Below, piece after piece: positions 1-10,781 of a stretch of 40,002 bases of DNA. The stretch is from Elusimicrobiota bacterium. Lineage in GTDB: Bacteria > Elusimicrobiota > Elusimicrobia > Elusimicrobiales > UBA9959. The notes below the pieces were generated by a model. That model did no database searches and had not been told where the DNA came from. It saw only the letters and a program-made list of their open reading frames with translations. Where the stretch lies: the NCBI GenBank assembly GCA_037137395.1, contig JBAXKK010000014.1, forward strand, positions 1 to 40,002, in the 5' to 3' direction. Position numbers and translations under genes: made by a program. The first letter of the stretch is position 1. Every line of letters begins with the position of its first letter.

Positions 1-1
1 C

Positions 2-985
<984 letters not shown>

Positions 986-1009
986 AGCGGCCGCGGATAG
1001 CAATCAATT

Positions 1010-1041
1010 AAAAAGGCCCGGAATAAATTCCGGGCCTTTTT
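1010..1041. terminator. Bidirectional intrinsic terminator between convergent genes
   Basis: AAAAAGGCCCGGAAT-AA-ATTCCGGGCCTTTTT hairpin with A/T tracts on both sides. Confidence 0.88.
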
Positions 1042-1078
1042 GTTTGTTGTGAAAACTCGCTAACTCCCCCAATTCCTT

Positions 1079-1765
1079 CTATTTCTCGTCTTTATTCTCG
1101 GTGAACATGCCTTTAATGATGCCATGGGCGATATCTTTAGCGCCCAAGCCGACCGCGATGGCGAAGGCCAGTCCCAGCGAGGCGAATAAAATATTCAGAC
1201 TGGAGCGTATAATCTTCATCTCGATTCCCAGTTGCTCCACAGCGGCTATGGCGGTGAAGACAAGAATTACAAAATTCACTATTTTGGAAAGAGATCTCCC
1301 GCCCCGAAGGTTATTAGCCGTAGCTGAATTGGTCACGACATCAGCCATGAACTTCGCGAACATAAGGCCGCCGAAAGCGATAAAGATGGCCGCCACTATC
1401 TTGGGAATAAAAATTAAAATAAAGCGTTCCATTATGGCAGAGATGACACTGAGATTAAGGATGTTGGCCGCCGTGACAAAAAACACCATAATAAGCGCCC
1501 AATAAACGACGAAGCCCAGAATGGCGGAAGGCGAGCGGCCGAAACCGCAGCGCATCATAATCTCATTTATGCCTATCTGGCTGGTGTATGAATCAAGTTT
1601 TATTTTCCGAAGGAACTGCTCCAAGAGGGAACTAAAGGCCCTGGCGAGAAACAAGCCGAAGACGATGAATATCAGGGCTGCTATAAGGGCCGGGATGTGG
1701 GTGACGAAATTGGCCCATACCTGCAAAACGGTGTTTGTAAAAAGGTCAGACGTGTCTCTGAGCAT
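1079..1765 (-). CDS. CmpX-like / small mechanosensitive channel-associated TM-helix membrane protein
   Basis: Multiple TM segments; 'FVTHIPALIAALI' and 'FIPKIVAAIFI' repeats; C-terminal 'LAFAIAVGLGAKDIA'; GGAGG RBS. Confidence 0.75.
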   Translation of the reverse strand: MLRDTSDLFTNTVLQVWANFVTHIPALIAALIFIVFGLFLARAFSSLLEQFLRKIKLDSYTSQIGINEIMMRCGFGRSPSAILGFVVYWALIMVFFVTAANILNLSVISAIMERFILIFIPKIVAAIFIAFGGLMFAKFMADVVTNSATANNLRGGRSLSKIVNFVILVFTAIAAVEQLGIEMKIIRSSLNILFASLGLAFAIAVGLGAKDIAHGIIKGMFTENKDEK

Positions 1766-1862
1766 ATTGCCTCCAGGTTACCTAATGACTCTATTTTATT
1801 ACTTCTGAAACCGGCATGCAAACGCCAAAGTCCCCGGCGCTTCGCGCCAAAAACGCCGCAAA

Positions 1863-1943
1863 CCATATGCTTTAGGCCATACGCAGAAAAATTAAGTAAC
1901 TCCTTAAAGCGAATGGCCAATGGCGAACGGCTAACGGCAGCCG
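1863..1943. repeat. 7-bp-period inverted repeat array (copy 1)
   Basis: Left arm ccatatg-ctttagg-ccatacg; right arm gcgaatg-gccaatg-gcgaacg-gctaacg-gcagccg; similar to 21151-21223. Confidence 0.65.
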
Positions 1944-1964
1944 TTGTTCTGCAAACGGCATTCT

Positions 1965-2492
1965 TTACAGCGTTGACTTACTTTTAACGGGGTCCGCCGG
2001 AATCAATTTTATCAGCCGGTTTTTTTTCGGCGTAAATATCGGGGCCTTGTGCTCATCCTCCGCCTTTATCGGGACCGGCCGGACCGTGTCGGAAGGTATA
2101 TCGGCCGGCGCGTCCCGCATGAGTTCCGCCTTCCCGGTCTTAGGGGAGAGGTCATCCTTAATGGCCTTTTTCAGAAGGACTTTCGATCCTTCACGGTAAA
2201 GCGGGTCGTTGACATTGTTGAAATCGTCAAACTCGGTATAGCCCCTGCCGTCAACTTTACCTTTCGGTTTTTTAACTTCGGAAGCAGCGGCGCCGGTATT
2301 GGAATAATTTTTTTCAGCAACCGGGGATGATACTGCGGACGCGTCCCGTACCTTTTCTCCGGGCATCAATCCTTCCCTTTGACCGGAGGGCGTCACTGTC
2401 AGTAGACTGGGATCTCCGGCAGCAAAAGTGCAAAATGGAAAAACAAAAAACGGAGTGAAATAAAAAGCCGCTATCTTGAGGTGTCTTTTCAT
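1965..2492 (-). CDS. Hypothetical exported protein
   Basis: Signal-peptide-like N-terminus (MKRHLKIAAFYFTPFFVFPFCTFA-AG); GGAG RBS; Lys/Pro-rich body. Confidence 0.65.
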   Translation of the reverse strand: MKRHLKIAAFYFTPFFVFPFCTFAAGDPSLLTVTPSGQREGLMPGEKVRDASAVSSPVAEKNYSNTGAAASEVKKPKGKVDGRGYTEFDDFNNVNDPLYREGSKVLLKKAIKDDLSPKTGKAELMRDAPADIPSDTVRPVPIKAEDEHKAPIFTPKKNRLIKLIPADPVKSKSTL

Positions 2493-2614
2493 AATAGTAA
2501 TTTCTCCAAGCGTTATATCACCGGCTACTTTTATAGTATCGCTTAAAAAAAGGCGGGACGTAAGTGGCTAACGGCCCTGGATTTACTAGGCCTTTCGGGC
2601 ATCGGGAGAGCAGC

Positions 2615-2762
2615 AGCAGCTCAGCAGCTTAGATGCAAGGCGAGCTAGCAACCTGGAGGCAAAGCAAGCCGGCAATTTAGCTAAACCGCTTTACATCCAG
2701 ACGGCTTTACCTCTAGATGGCTTTACATCCAGACTGCTTTGCCTCTAAGCTTCTTTGCCTCT
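2615..2762. repeat. Palindromic 8-bp-module array (copy 1)
   Basis: 8 modules + AGCT centre (2679-2682) + 10 inverted modules (ttacatcc/agacggct/ttacctct...). Confidence 0.85.
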
Positions 2763-3886
2763 ATTATTTCCTGATAGAGCGCGAGGTGGTCACGGGCCGG
2801 CTTCTCCCAGGAAAGGACTGCGGCCAGTTCGGCTCCCCGGCCGGAGATACTATCCCTGAAAGCCGGATCCCAAAGGCGATCGGACATATCGGAGATAGCC
2901 CGCGTATCCCAGGGACATTCAAGTATAAAAGCGTTCTCGCCGTCCTTGAAAAATTCGCTTACCCCCGCGTATTTGGTGGTAATTATTGCAAGCCCCATCG
3001 CCATCGCCTCAAGCGCCGCCAGGCCAAAAGTATCCATGGGTGTAGGATTTATAAAAACGTCTCCCGCGCTGTAAAGATCGCGTATATCGGACCACTCATT
3101 TTTGCAGATTAGCCTTAGCCCCAGTTCGCCTGCCAGAGCTGAGAATTTCTCCCCGTGAAAAGGACCGGACGCTATGAGAACGCTTTTTTTACCGCACCGG
3201 GCGGCGGCAATACCCTTAATGGCGAATTCAAGCCCTTTCCAGGAATCGCCTATATAAACAAACGCCAGTTCGTCGGAGGATAGGGATAGCAGCGCGCGCG
3301 CTGATGAGCGGCGGGCCATGCGCCAGGCCGGGGAAAACCGCGAAGAGTCAACCCCGTGCCGTATTATCCTTATCCGGTCATGAGCGACACCATATATTCG
3401 GGCTATCTCACCGGCGGAACGCGCGGAAAAAGCCACCGCGCTTTTATAGCGCTCCGACGCAAAACGCTTCCTCTCTATAAAAGTACGTAGGAACCTGTTT
3501 TTGGTGCGCAGGCGCGGCCGGTCTACCGTGAAAGGCACAAGCGACATCTTTTCCACCTCCACCGGCTGCGGGTCGTTATGCATTACGATAACATCCTGCC
3601 AGACGGTCAACAGATGGCTGACAACCAGATCATGACTGCTGTTAAGAAACGGCAGAAGAGCCCCAAAAGGCGTGGCCCAGATCCGGTTGGATCCCCTCAG
3701 GCAGGGGAACCGGTGCAGAAAAACGTTCGGAGGCAGATTCCGCTTATCTTCTTCCGACAGGAGCAGGCGGGAAGCGTAAATATGGGTTTCATGTCCCAAC
3801 GCGGAAAACTCCCTGGCATGCGACAAAACCACCCGCGATACACCGTTGTTAATTGAAAGCGCGTGCAGGATCAGGGCGAGGTTCAT
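2723..3886 (-). CDS. Glycosyltransferase family 4 (GT-B)
   Basis: NGVSRVV N-terminal loop; 'IRHGVD'; KG motif; 'DTFGLAALEAMAMGLAII'. Confidence 0.9.
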   Translation of the reverse strand: MNLALILHALSINNGVSRVVLSHAREFSALGHETHIYASRLLLSEEDKRNLPPNVFLHRFPCLRGSNRIWATPFGALLPFLNSSHDLVVSHLLTVWQDVIVMHNDPQPVEVEKMSLVPFTVDRPRLRTKNRFLRTFIERKRFASERYKSAVAFSARSAGEIARIYGVAHDRIRIIRHGVDSSRFSPAWRMARRSSARALLSLSSDELAFVYIGDSWKGLEFAIKGIAAARCGKKSVLIASGPFHGEKFSALAGELGLRLICKNEWSDIRDLYSAGDVFINPTPMDTFGLAALEAMAMGLAIITTKYAGVSEFFKDGENAFILECPWDTRAISDMSDRLWDPAFRDSISGRGAELAAVLSWEKPARDHLALYQEIIEAKKLRGKAVWM

Positions 3887-4608
3887 CGGATAGATATCTT
3901 CCCCGCCTGACGCAGGCGTAAGGCAAAATTTAAAAGCCCGCTTTTTCCGCTGACAATGCGGCGCGGGACGGCGAAGAGATCCCCGTCCCCCTCCTCCGTG
4001 GCAAAGCCTATTTTATAGCCGGCTTCGGCCAGAGCGCGCTTGGCCTCAGGGTTATAAGCCCCGTAAGGGTAGGCGAACCATGAGACTTCTGAGCCCAGCG
4101 CCGACTCCAGCTCTTTTTTAGAGAGTAAAGCCTCGTCCTTCAGCGAGAGGCCGTCCAGATCTTTAAAATTCCGGTGGGAAACTCCATGCGAGCCTATCAC
4201 CCAGCCCGCGTCCCTGAGCTTTTTCAGCCCGGACGGCTCAAGCAGCCTGTTGGGAGAATCAGCGGATTCTCCGTCCCAGAAAGCGCTGCGGCCGAAACCG
4301 GACGAAATCATAAACACCGCGGCCGAAAAACCTTTCTTTTCCAAAACCGGCAGCGCCCGGGTCAGAACGCTTTCAAAAGCATCGTCAAAAGTTATAAGAA
4401 ACGGCTTTTTAGGTAGCTTATACTCCAGGCCCAGTCTGGCCTTAAGGTATTGCGCGGGATCCGCGGTTTTGTACCCCATAAGGGCCATCAAATCCATCTG
4501 CCTCTCAAAATTGGAGGGCGTGACGCAGGTGTTTGGATTGGCGTCATATTCAGAGGGGCCGGCTATCTTATGGTAGACCAGCACCGGAATCCTGGGGAAG
4601 TTGCTCAT
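3883..4608 (-). CDS. Polysaccharide deacetylase (NodB/IcaB-like); start at 4608 or 4617
   Basis: 'PVLVYH', 'ITFDD', 'GSHGVSH', 'FAYPYG'; ATGA overlap with the GT4 gene. Confidence 0.9.
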   Translation of the reverse strand: MSNFPRIPVLVYHKIAGPSEYDANPNTCVTPSNFERQMDLMALMGYKTADPAQYLKARLGLEYKLPKKPFLITFDDAFESVLTRALPVLEKKGFSAAVFMISSGFGRSAFWDGESADSPNRLLEPSGLKKLRDAGWVIGSHGVSHRNFKDLDGLSLKDEALLSKKELESALGSEVSWFAYPYGAYNPEAKRALAEAGYKIGFATEEGDGDLFAVPRRIVSGKSGLLNFALRLRQAGKISIR

Positions 4609-4657
4609 TAAGTTCAATTATCCTTTTTTTGGGCGCTGATTTCAACGTTGATTTTGA

Positions 4658-4686
4658 TTGCAAAAAAATGTTTGTTTTGCTAACAT
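4658..4686 (+). promoter_or_regulatory. Sigma70 promoter for rplU-rpmA
   Basis: TTGCAA-17 bp-TAACAT with extended TGn; ATG only 9 nt after the -10. Confidence 0.6.
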
Positions 4687-4695
4687 ATACATACT

Positions 4696-5007
4696 ATGTA
4701 CGCAATAATCGAAACAGGCGGTAAGCAGTATTGGGTAATCCCCGGCGAAATTTTGCAGGTAGAAAGGCTCACGGCTAAAGCTGGCGAGGAAGTGACTTTC
4801 AAGGCTTTGTGGACCGCGTCGCAGGAAGAAAAAGGCGCGATTACAGGCAAGTCTCCCTCGGCTAAAGTAACGGCCAAAGTCGTAAGACACCTTAGAGGCG
4901 ACAAAATTATCGTTTTCAGAAAACGTCCCAAAAAGGCCTATGAGAAAAGCTCGGGCCATCGTCAGGAACTGACTGAACTTCAGGTAAAAGAAATTCAGTT
5001 ATCCTGA
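4696..5007 (+). CDS. rplU: 50S ribosomal protein L21
   Basis: [12 protein letters not shown]...GHRQ motifs; synteny with rpmA and obg. Confidence 0.98.
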   Translation: MYAIIETGGKQYWVIPGEILQVERLTAKAGEEVTFKALWTASQEEKGAITGKSPSAKVTAKVVRHLRGDKIIVFRKRPKKAYEKSSGHRQELTELQVKEIQLS

Positions 5008-5047
5008 ACAATCAGTCGCGCACAACGCAACAACGAGGTTTTTAATT

Positions 5048-5311
5048 ATGGCAGGAACAAAATCCCAAGGTTCATCAACTAACGGAAGAGACAGTCACGG
5101 GCAGCGCCTTGGCGTCAAGCGCTACGGCAGCCAGAATGTCAAAGCCGGCGAAGTGCTGGTAAGACAGCGGGGCACTAAATTTTTGCCCGACCTCAATGTG
5201 GGAATCGGTTCCGACGACACACTCTTCTCCAAAGTGACGGGCGTGGTTAAATTCGAGTGGGCAAAGCGCAACAAGAAGCAGATAAGCGTTTATCCTCAGG
5301 TCGCAAAATAA
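5048..5311 (+). CDS. rpmA: 50S ribosomal protein L27
   Basis: [25 protein letters not shown]. Confidence 0.98.
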   Translation: MAGTKSQGSSTNGRDSHGQRLGVKRYGSQNVKAGEVLVRQRGTKFLPDLNVGIGSDDTLFSKVTGVVKFEWAKRNKKQISVYPQVAK

Positions 5312-5326
5312 ACCCCGCCGCTATTT

Positions 5327-5358
5327 AAAAACCTCCTAAATCAATTAGGAGGTTTTTT
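5327..5358 (+). terminator. Intrinsic terminator after rpmA
   Basis: AAAAACCTCCTAA-ATCAA-TTAGGAGGTTTTTT. Confidence 0.8.
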
Positions 5359-5380
5359 ATTACAAAGAAGAGCTTTACTT

Positions 5381-6742
5381 ATGCAAAAACAAGGACATTC
5401 CGAGCGCACTGATTTCGTCGATACCGCCAGGGTCTATTTACGGGCGGGAAAAGGCGGCGACGGCTGCGCCTCCTTCCGCAGAGAAAAATTCGTGCCTTAT
5501 GGCGGACCCAACGGCGGGAACGGCGGCAAGGGCGGAGACATATATTTCGAGGCTTCCACCAATATCACAACGCTGCACGAAATAGCCAACCACCCCCATA
5601 TCAGAGCCACTGAAGGCGGACCCGGCCAGAGCAAGCACATGAGCGGCCTTAAGGGCGCGGACATATTAATGTACGTGCCGTGCGGCACCCTCGTAAAATT
5701 TGAAGGACGCGTGGTAGCGGACCTAAAATCCCATGGTGACAGATTCCTCGCCGCCCGCGGAGGACGCGGAGGGCGCGGAAATACCTCTTTTAAGACTAAG
5801 TTCAACACCGCTCCAAAGATCTCGGAAAATGGTGAGCCGGGACAGGAATTCACGGCCGATCTGGAACTGAGCGTTCTGGCGGATGTCGGGCTGGTGGGCT
5901 TTCCCAACGCCGGCAAATCCACCCTGCTATCAACCATCTCCGCCGCAAGGCCGAAGATCGCGGCCTATCCCTTCACCACGCTCAGCCCCCATCTGGGCAT
6001 AGTGTCCCACAAGGGCAAGAGCTTTGCCGCAGCCGACATACCCGGCCTTATAGAGGGTGCGCACGAGGGTAAGGGCCTGGGAGACCTATTTTTAAAACAT
6101 GTTCTCAGAACCAAGATGCTGATACACCTGGTGGACCCGGCAGGTTTCGGTAAATTCAAGCCCGTAGACTCGGTGGCGGTAATCGCCAAAGAGCTTAAGA
6201 CTTATCATCCCGAACTGGCAAAGAAACAACGCATCATAGCGGTCACAAAAGCCGATCTTCCCGAAGCGAAAAAAGTTCACGTGGCTCTCGTAAAAAAATA
6301 CAAAAAACACCCTGTATTCCTTATCTCCGCGGCCACCGGGCTCGGGGTCACCAGTCTATTGGACTACGTAATAGCCCTCCTGCCCAAAATAAAGGAACCG
6401 GTAGTCTATAAACCGGAATTGGACCTGGACGCGACCGCCCTGCACAAGCCGGTAAAAGAAGGCTTCACAATAAGCATGGCTGAGGACGGATTGATGGAGG
6501 CCAACAGCGACACTCTGACCACCATCATCGCCATGACCAACTTTAACCAGCCCGACTCGATCAACCGCCTGAGGCGGATCTTTAAGCTTATCGGCCTGGA
6601 CAAGGCCCTTAAGAAAGCGGGAGTGCTGCCCGGAGACCAGATAAGGATAGCCGGCAAGAACTTTGAGTGGTCCGAGCACCAGATTACCCCCCCACACAAA
6701 CGCTCCAAATTCGCCTATAAGTATCAGACCAAGGCCGGCTAA
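5381..6742 (+). CDS. obgE: GTPase ObgE/CgtA with C-terminal OCT domain
   Basis: Gly-rich Obg fold (FRREKFVPYGGPNGGNGGKGG); GFPNAGKS, YPFTT, DIPG, TKAD motifs. Confidence 0.97.
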   Translation: MQKQGHSERTDFVDTARVYLRAGKGGDGCASFRREKFVPYGGPNGGNGGKGGDIYFEASTNITTLHEIANHPHIRATEGGPGQSKHMSGLKGADILMYVPCGTLVKFEGRVVADLKSHGDRFLAARGGRGGRGNTSFKTKFNTAPKISENGEPGQEFTADLELSVLADVGLVGFPNAGKSTLLSTISAARPKIAAYPFTTLSPHLGIVSHKGKSFAAADIPGLIEGAHEGKGLGDLFLKHVLRTKMLIHLVDPAGFGKFKPVDSVAVIAKELKTYHPELAKKQRIIAVTKADLPEAKKVHVALVKKYKKHPVFLISAATGLGVTSLLDYVIALLPKIKEPVVYKPELDLDATALHKPVKEGFTISMAEDGLMEANSDTLTTIIAMTNFNQPDSINRLRRIFKLIGLDKALKKAGVLPGDQIRIAGKNFEWSEHQITPPHKRSKFAYKYQTKAG

Positions 6743-6757
6743 CCAGGAAAAAGACAT

Positions 6758-6794
6758 AAAAAAACCGCGCTTTTTATATAAGCGCGGTTTTTTT
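6758..6794. terminator. Bidirectional intrinsic terminator
   Basis: AAAAAAACCGCGCTT...AAGCGCGGTTTTTTT between convergent genes. Confidence 0.88.
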
Positions 6795-6805
6795 ATTCGT
6801 AAATA

Positions 6806-7309
6806 TCAAAAAACGGTTTCCCAATCTCTGTTCGTGAGGAAGAATTCCACCCTGCGGTTCAGGGCCCGGCCCCGATCCGAGGTGTCCTCCGTGATGCGGC
6901 GGGTGTGCCCGAACCCGTAAACCTTAATATAATCCGGATAGATACCCTTAGCGGCTAAATACTGTTTCACGGAGCCCGCCCTCTCAAGAGAAAGCCTTTC
7001 ATTCCACTCGTCGCCGCCGGTATCATCCGTATGCCCCTCAACTATAAGCTTAAGCTTGGGATGGCGCAGGAGGATTTGAGCGACGCGGTCAAGGAGGTCG
7101 AAAGAACTTCTAAGGAGCCTAGAGGAACCGAGCTCAAATTCCACGGGCGGAATGGCCCGGGAAGCGACCATATCCTGAATGGATTGCATTTCCAACGCGG
7201 CTCGCCGCTCTTCCTCAATCAGCAGTTCGCCCTTGTGCGCGGCGCAGGAGCAAAGGATAAAGACGGATGATATAACTGCGGCCGCGAGTTTCATGTTTTC
7301 TCTTTTCAT
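6806..7309 (-). CDS. OmpA/Pal-family peptidoglycan-binding lipoprotein
   Basis: Lipobox-like LCSC; 'EGHTD..G..EWNERLSLERA'; 'RALNRRVEF'. Confidence 0.9.
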   Translation of the reverse strand: MKRENMKLAAAVISSVFILCSCAAHKGELLIEEERRAALEMQSIQDMVASRAIPPVEFELGSSRLLRSSFDLLDRVAQILLRHPKLKLIVEGHTDDTGGDEWNERLSLERAGSVKQYLAAKGIYPDYIKVYGFGHTRRITEDTSDRGRALNRRVEFFLTNRDWETVF

Positions 7310-7310
7310 A

Positions 7311-8366
7311 TTATCTGCCTGATATCGCCACTATCAGGGTCTCCCTCCTGAAGCGGTAGCCCCTGGTAAAAGCGGTATTGCTAAGAATCAGCTGGGGAGT
7401 GCGCGCTATGGTGGAGTAGATCCTGCTTCTTTTTATCTTTGGACAGCATGACGGATCAAGAAGGTTCGCTTTCGCTATTTCCTGCAGAGTATCCATGGCC
7501 CAGTAGATTGGCCAGATAAAAGCGGCCCGCAGAGCCATCTCCGTCTTGGGAATAGAAGCCAGAAATTCCTCGCTCAAATCCAGTTGATCCACGGCCCAGC
7601 ATATCCACTTATAAACCACAGGGCGCAGACGATTCATTTTCGCGGGATCAAGCAGATCTCCGGGTGTAAGATCCACGCTATCGAGATCCGTCCGGGGCAG
7701 ATAGCAGCGGCCTATACGCAAATCGGCGGACATGTCCTTCAAAATATTAGTTATCTGGAGGGCAGAGCCGATAAGTCCGGCGTCTCGCTCCGAAGGAAAC
7801 TTGCCGAAATTGATATTATTACGGCGGATGGTTTCACGATAGAGCCTGGACCAGAAAATTCCGGGTTCCCCGCCGATAAGGACACAATATTTTTTAAGAT
7901 CGTCATCTGTTTTTAGCGCGACCACGCCGCCGCTGCCAAAAGCGTCAAGATCAATCTCCATCCCCTTAGCCACGCCGTCCACCAGCGCCTTAAGAGGGGC
8001 CAGCTCCGACTCGGAAAAAGCGGCGTAAAGGGCGGCTATTTTTTCAAATTTAAAAAGCAGTTTTTTTTCTTTCTGATTGGAAATACTCTGCGCCGCCTGC
8101 TTTATCCGGCCGCCCAGCGCCCAGGCGTTATTTTTGTTCTCAAGGCCCCTGAACAGGGACAGCATCTCACGCTTGCCGCCGGCGTCCAGAGCGGGACAAT
8201 CCGTCACGGTATCCATGGTGCGGGCGACAAGATACCCCATCGCCATAGAGGTCTTCAACGGCTCCGGCAGGATTTTTATACTGAGATAAAGTGTCCGGGA
8301 AACGCCTTTAAGGATATTCTTGAGGTCTGCTGAAAAAACGACTTTATGATCTTTCATCATATACAT
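7311..8366 (-). CDS. Squalene/phytoene synthase family protein
   Basis: 'GVSRT', 'ARTMDTVTD', 'LQITNILKDMSADLRIGRCYLP'. Confidence 0.85.
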   Translation of the reverse strand: MYMMKDHKVVFSADLKNILKGVSRTLYLSIKILPEPLKTSMAMGYLVARTMDTVTDCPALDAGGKREMLSLFRGLENKNNAWALGGRIKQAAQSISNQKEKKLLFKFEKIAALYAAFSESELAPLKALVDGVAKGMEIDLDAFGSGGVVALKTDDDLKKYCVLIGGEPGIFWSRLYRETIRRNNINFGKFPSERDAGLIGSALQITNILKDMSADLRIGRCYLPRTDLDSVDLTPGDLLDPAKMNRLRPVVYKWICWAVDQLDLSEEFLASIPKTEMALRAAFIWPIYWAMDTLQEIAKANLLDPSCCPKIKRSRIYSTIARTPQLILSNTAFTRGYRFRRETLIVAISGR

Positions 8367-8367
8367 T

Positions 8368-9480
8368 TTACAATATAAGTTTCCCTAACACGCGGTGGCC
8401 GCGGGCGCCGGTCGCTGAAGGGCAATGGTTTACCCGTCCGTGAAGAGCCAGCCACCCCATAAGCGCGAAACAGGCCGGCTCTTTCGCCAGCGGATGAATA
8501 TCGTAGGCGGCTACGCTTTCTATTTTCACTCCGGGCAGTTCCAATGCAATATTGCGCATAAGCACAGGATTCAGCGCGCCTCCTCCGCTGACTATGATTT
8601 TTCCGGTTCTGGCCGGAGCATATTTTCTGAAAGCCAGGGCGACGGATGCGGCGGTAAACAGGTTAAGGGTCGCCACCGTGTCGTTTAAATTATCAGAATG
8701 TATCTGACCAAAGTGTTTTTTGAGGAGCACGCCTGAAAAAGCGTCCCGGTCCAGCGACTTGGGCGGCCTGAGCGCGAAGAACGGCAGTTTAAGAAGTTTT
8801 TCAACCTTTGCGCGACCAGCCTTCCCAGCCGCGGCCAGAAGCCCATCTTTATCATAAGCCATTTTCCCGGCGGTAGCCGTAGCCACGGCAGTATCCATTA
8901 GAGAGTTGCCGGGGCCGGTGTCAAAGCCTGAAGTTTTTACGCCTTTCCCCACAAACGCAATATTACCCACTCCGCCTATATTCTGCAGTGCAACCGGTTT
9001 GCCCCCCCCGAATAAATACTCATCCATGAAGGGGATGAGCGGGGCGCCTTCCCCTCCGGCCGCGATATCTGCCGGTCTGAAATCCGAAACCACCGGCCGT
9101 CGGGTCTCTTCGGCTATGAACGCAGATTCGCCTATCTGCAAGGTATTTCCCTTCACACCGGGTCGATGATAGACAGTCTGACCATGCGAACCAATGACCG
9201 CGATATTTTTATACGCGGTTTTATGTTCCAGACAAAAACGCCTGATCATCCCGGCCCAAAGGCGGCCCAGTTCGAAATCAAGTCCGGAAAGTTCCGCAGC
9301 GCGCATATTCTTGGCTGCCAGTATCCGATCCTGCAGGCCGGCGGCGTAAGCATAAGTTTTGCAGGCCATAACTTTCAAGGCTCCACCGTCCTTCCCGACA
9401 GAACACAAAGCTATCGAAAGCCCGTCCGCAGAAGTCCCGGACATCAGACCCAATATTTTAATCCTTTTCCTTATTTTCAT
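8368..9480 (-). CDS. anmK: Anhydro-N-acetylmuramic acid kinase; start at 9480 or 9492
   Basis: GLMSGTSADG, GSHGQT, DFRPADIAAGGEGAPL, NIGGVGN, DTGPGN. Confidence 0.95.
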   Translation of the reverse strand: MKIRKRIKILGLMSGTSADGLSIALCSVGKDGGALKVMACKTYAYAAGLQDRILAAKNMRAAELSGLDFELGRLWAGMIRRFCLEHKTAYKNIAVIGSHGQTVYHRPGVKGNTLQIGESAFIAEETRRPVVSDFRPADIAAGGEGAPLIPFMDEYLFGGGKPVALQNIGGVGNIAFVGKGVKTSGFDTGPGNSLMDTAVATATAGKMAYDKDGLLAAAGKAGRAKVEKLLKLPFFALRPPKSLDRDAFSGVLLKKHFGQIHSDNLNDTVATLNLFTAASVALAFRKYAPARTGKIIVSGGGALNPVLMRNIALELPGVKIESVAAYDIHPLAKEPACFALMGWLALHGRVNHCPSATGARGHRVLGKLIL

Positions 9481-9506
9481 AATATGAACCAAATCGTCAA
9501 GGGATC

Positions 9507-9606
9507 AGCAATTTAGAGGCAAAGCAGTCTGGATGTAAAGCGATTTAACCAAATTGCTGAATTGCTGTGCTCCTAGACTGCTAGATCGCTTTACATCTAA
9601 GTTGCT
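9507..9606. repeat. Palindromic 8-bp-module array (copy 2)
   Basis: 5 modules + AACC centre (9547-9550) + 7 inverted modules. Confidence 0.8.
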
Positions 9607-10537
9607 AACCCTCTAGTGTATCATACAGCCATGTGCTCAGATAGCGCTCGCCGCTGTCCGGCAGAAGGACCACAATAACCTTACCTGCGGCTTCCGGCCG
9701 GGCGGCCACCAGAGCCGCGGCGTACATGGCGGCCCCGCCTGAGATTCCAACGCATATCCCTTCTTCGGCCATCAGGCGCCTGGCCATACGCCCGGCCTCA
9801 TCGTCACGAACCCGGATAATTTCGTCTATATTCTCTCTCTTGAGCACGGACGGAACAAACCCCGCACCTATGCCCTGTATTTTGTGCGGCCCCGCCGGTT
9901 CCCCTGAGAGGACAGATGAGGTAAATGGTTCCACGGCGACTATCGTGACCCCGGGCCTGCGCTTTTTCAGGACTTCCGAAACTCCGGTGATAGTCCCGCC
10001 GGTCCCTACGCCGGCCACAAAATAATCTATCGCGCCTTCAGTGTCCTTCCAAATCTCCTCAGCCGTAGTCTTCTTGTGTATCTCCGGATTGGCCGGGTTT
10101 TCAAACTGCTGGGGCATGAAAGCGCCGGGATTGGCAGCCATAAGCTCACCAGCTTTTGCTATAGCCCCTTTCATACCATCGGCCCCGGAGGTAAGAACCA
10201 ATTCCGCGCCAAAGGCCTTAAGTATTTTGCGCCTTTCCACGCTCATAGTCTCCGGCATGGTCAGTATAAGCCTATAGCCGCGCACCGCGCAGATAAAAGC
10301 CAGGCCTATGCCGGTATTGCCGCTGGTGGGCTCGATGATAAGGCTTTTTTCCTTTATTACCCCGCTAAGGCTCGCCGCGTCCAGCATCGCAAGGGCGATG
10401 CGGTCTTTAACGCTGGACATCGGATTAAAATATTCAAGCTTAGCCAGAACCATGCCAGGGCCGGCACCTGCCACGCGGTTTATCCTGACCAGAGGAGTGT
10501 TACCGATAAGATCCGTTATGTTTTCAGCGTATTTCAT
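9605..10537 (-). CDS. cysK: Cysteine synthase A
   Basis: IGNTPLV, SVKDRIA (PLP Lys), [31 protein letters not shown]. Confidence 0.97.
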   Translation of the reverse strand: MKYAENITDLIGNTPLVRINRVAGAGPGMVLAKLEYFNPMSSVKDRIALAMLDAASLSGVIKEKSLIIEPTSGNTGIGLAFICAVRGYRLILTMPETMSVERRKILKAFGAELVLTSGADGMKGAIAKAGELMAANPGAFMPQQFENPANPEIHKKTTAEEIWKDTEGAIDYFVAGVGTGGTITGVSEVLKKRRPGVTIVAVEPFTSSVLSGEPAGPHKIQGIGAGFVPSVLKRENIDEIIRVRDDEAGRMARRLMAEEGICVGISGGAAMYAAALVAARPEAAGKVIVVLLPDSGERYLSTWLYDTLEG

Positions 10538-10569
10538 ATATTGGAAAATTATAAATTCGGAAACATAGC

Positions 10570-10781
10570 AGAGGCAAAGCAGTTTAGATGTAAAGCCATC
10601 TAGGGGTAAAGCCGTCTAGAGGTAAAGCCGTCTGGATGTAAAACGGTTTAGCTAAATTCCCGGCCTGCTTTGCCTCTAAATCGCTAGATCGCTTTACCTC
10701 TAGGTTGCCGGCCTGCTCTGCCTCTAGACTGCTTTACATCCAAGTTGCTGACTGGCTTTGCCTCCAGACTGCTAGTTTGCC
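10570..10781. repeat. Palindromic 8-bp-module array (copy 3, longest)
   Basis: 10 modules + AGCT centre (10650-10653) + 16 inverted modules, in strict 8-bp register. Confidence 0.88.

Noticed and set aside
10570..10781. CRISPR array
   Set aside because: Modules are contiguous 8/16-mers with no unique spacers, they invert at a centre, and there are no cas genes in the window.
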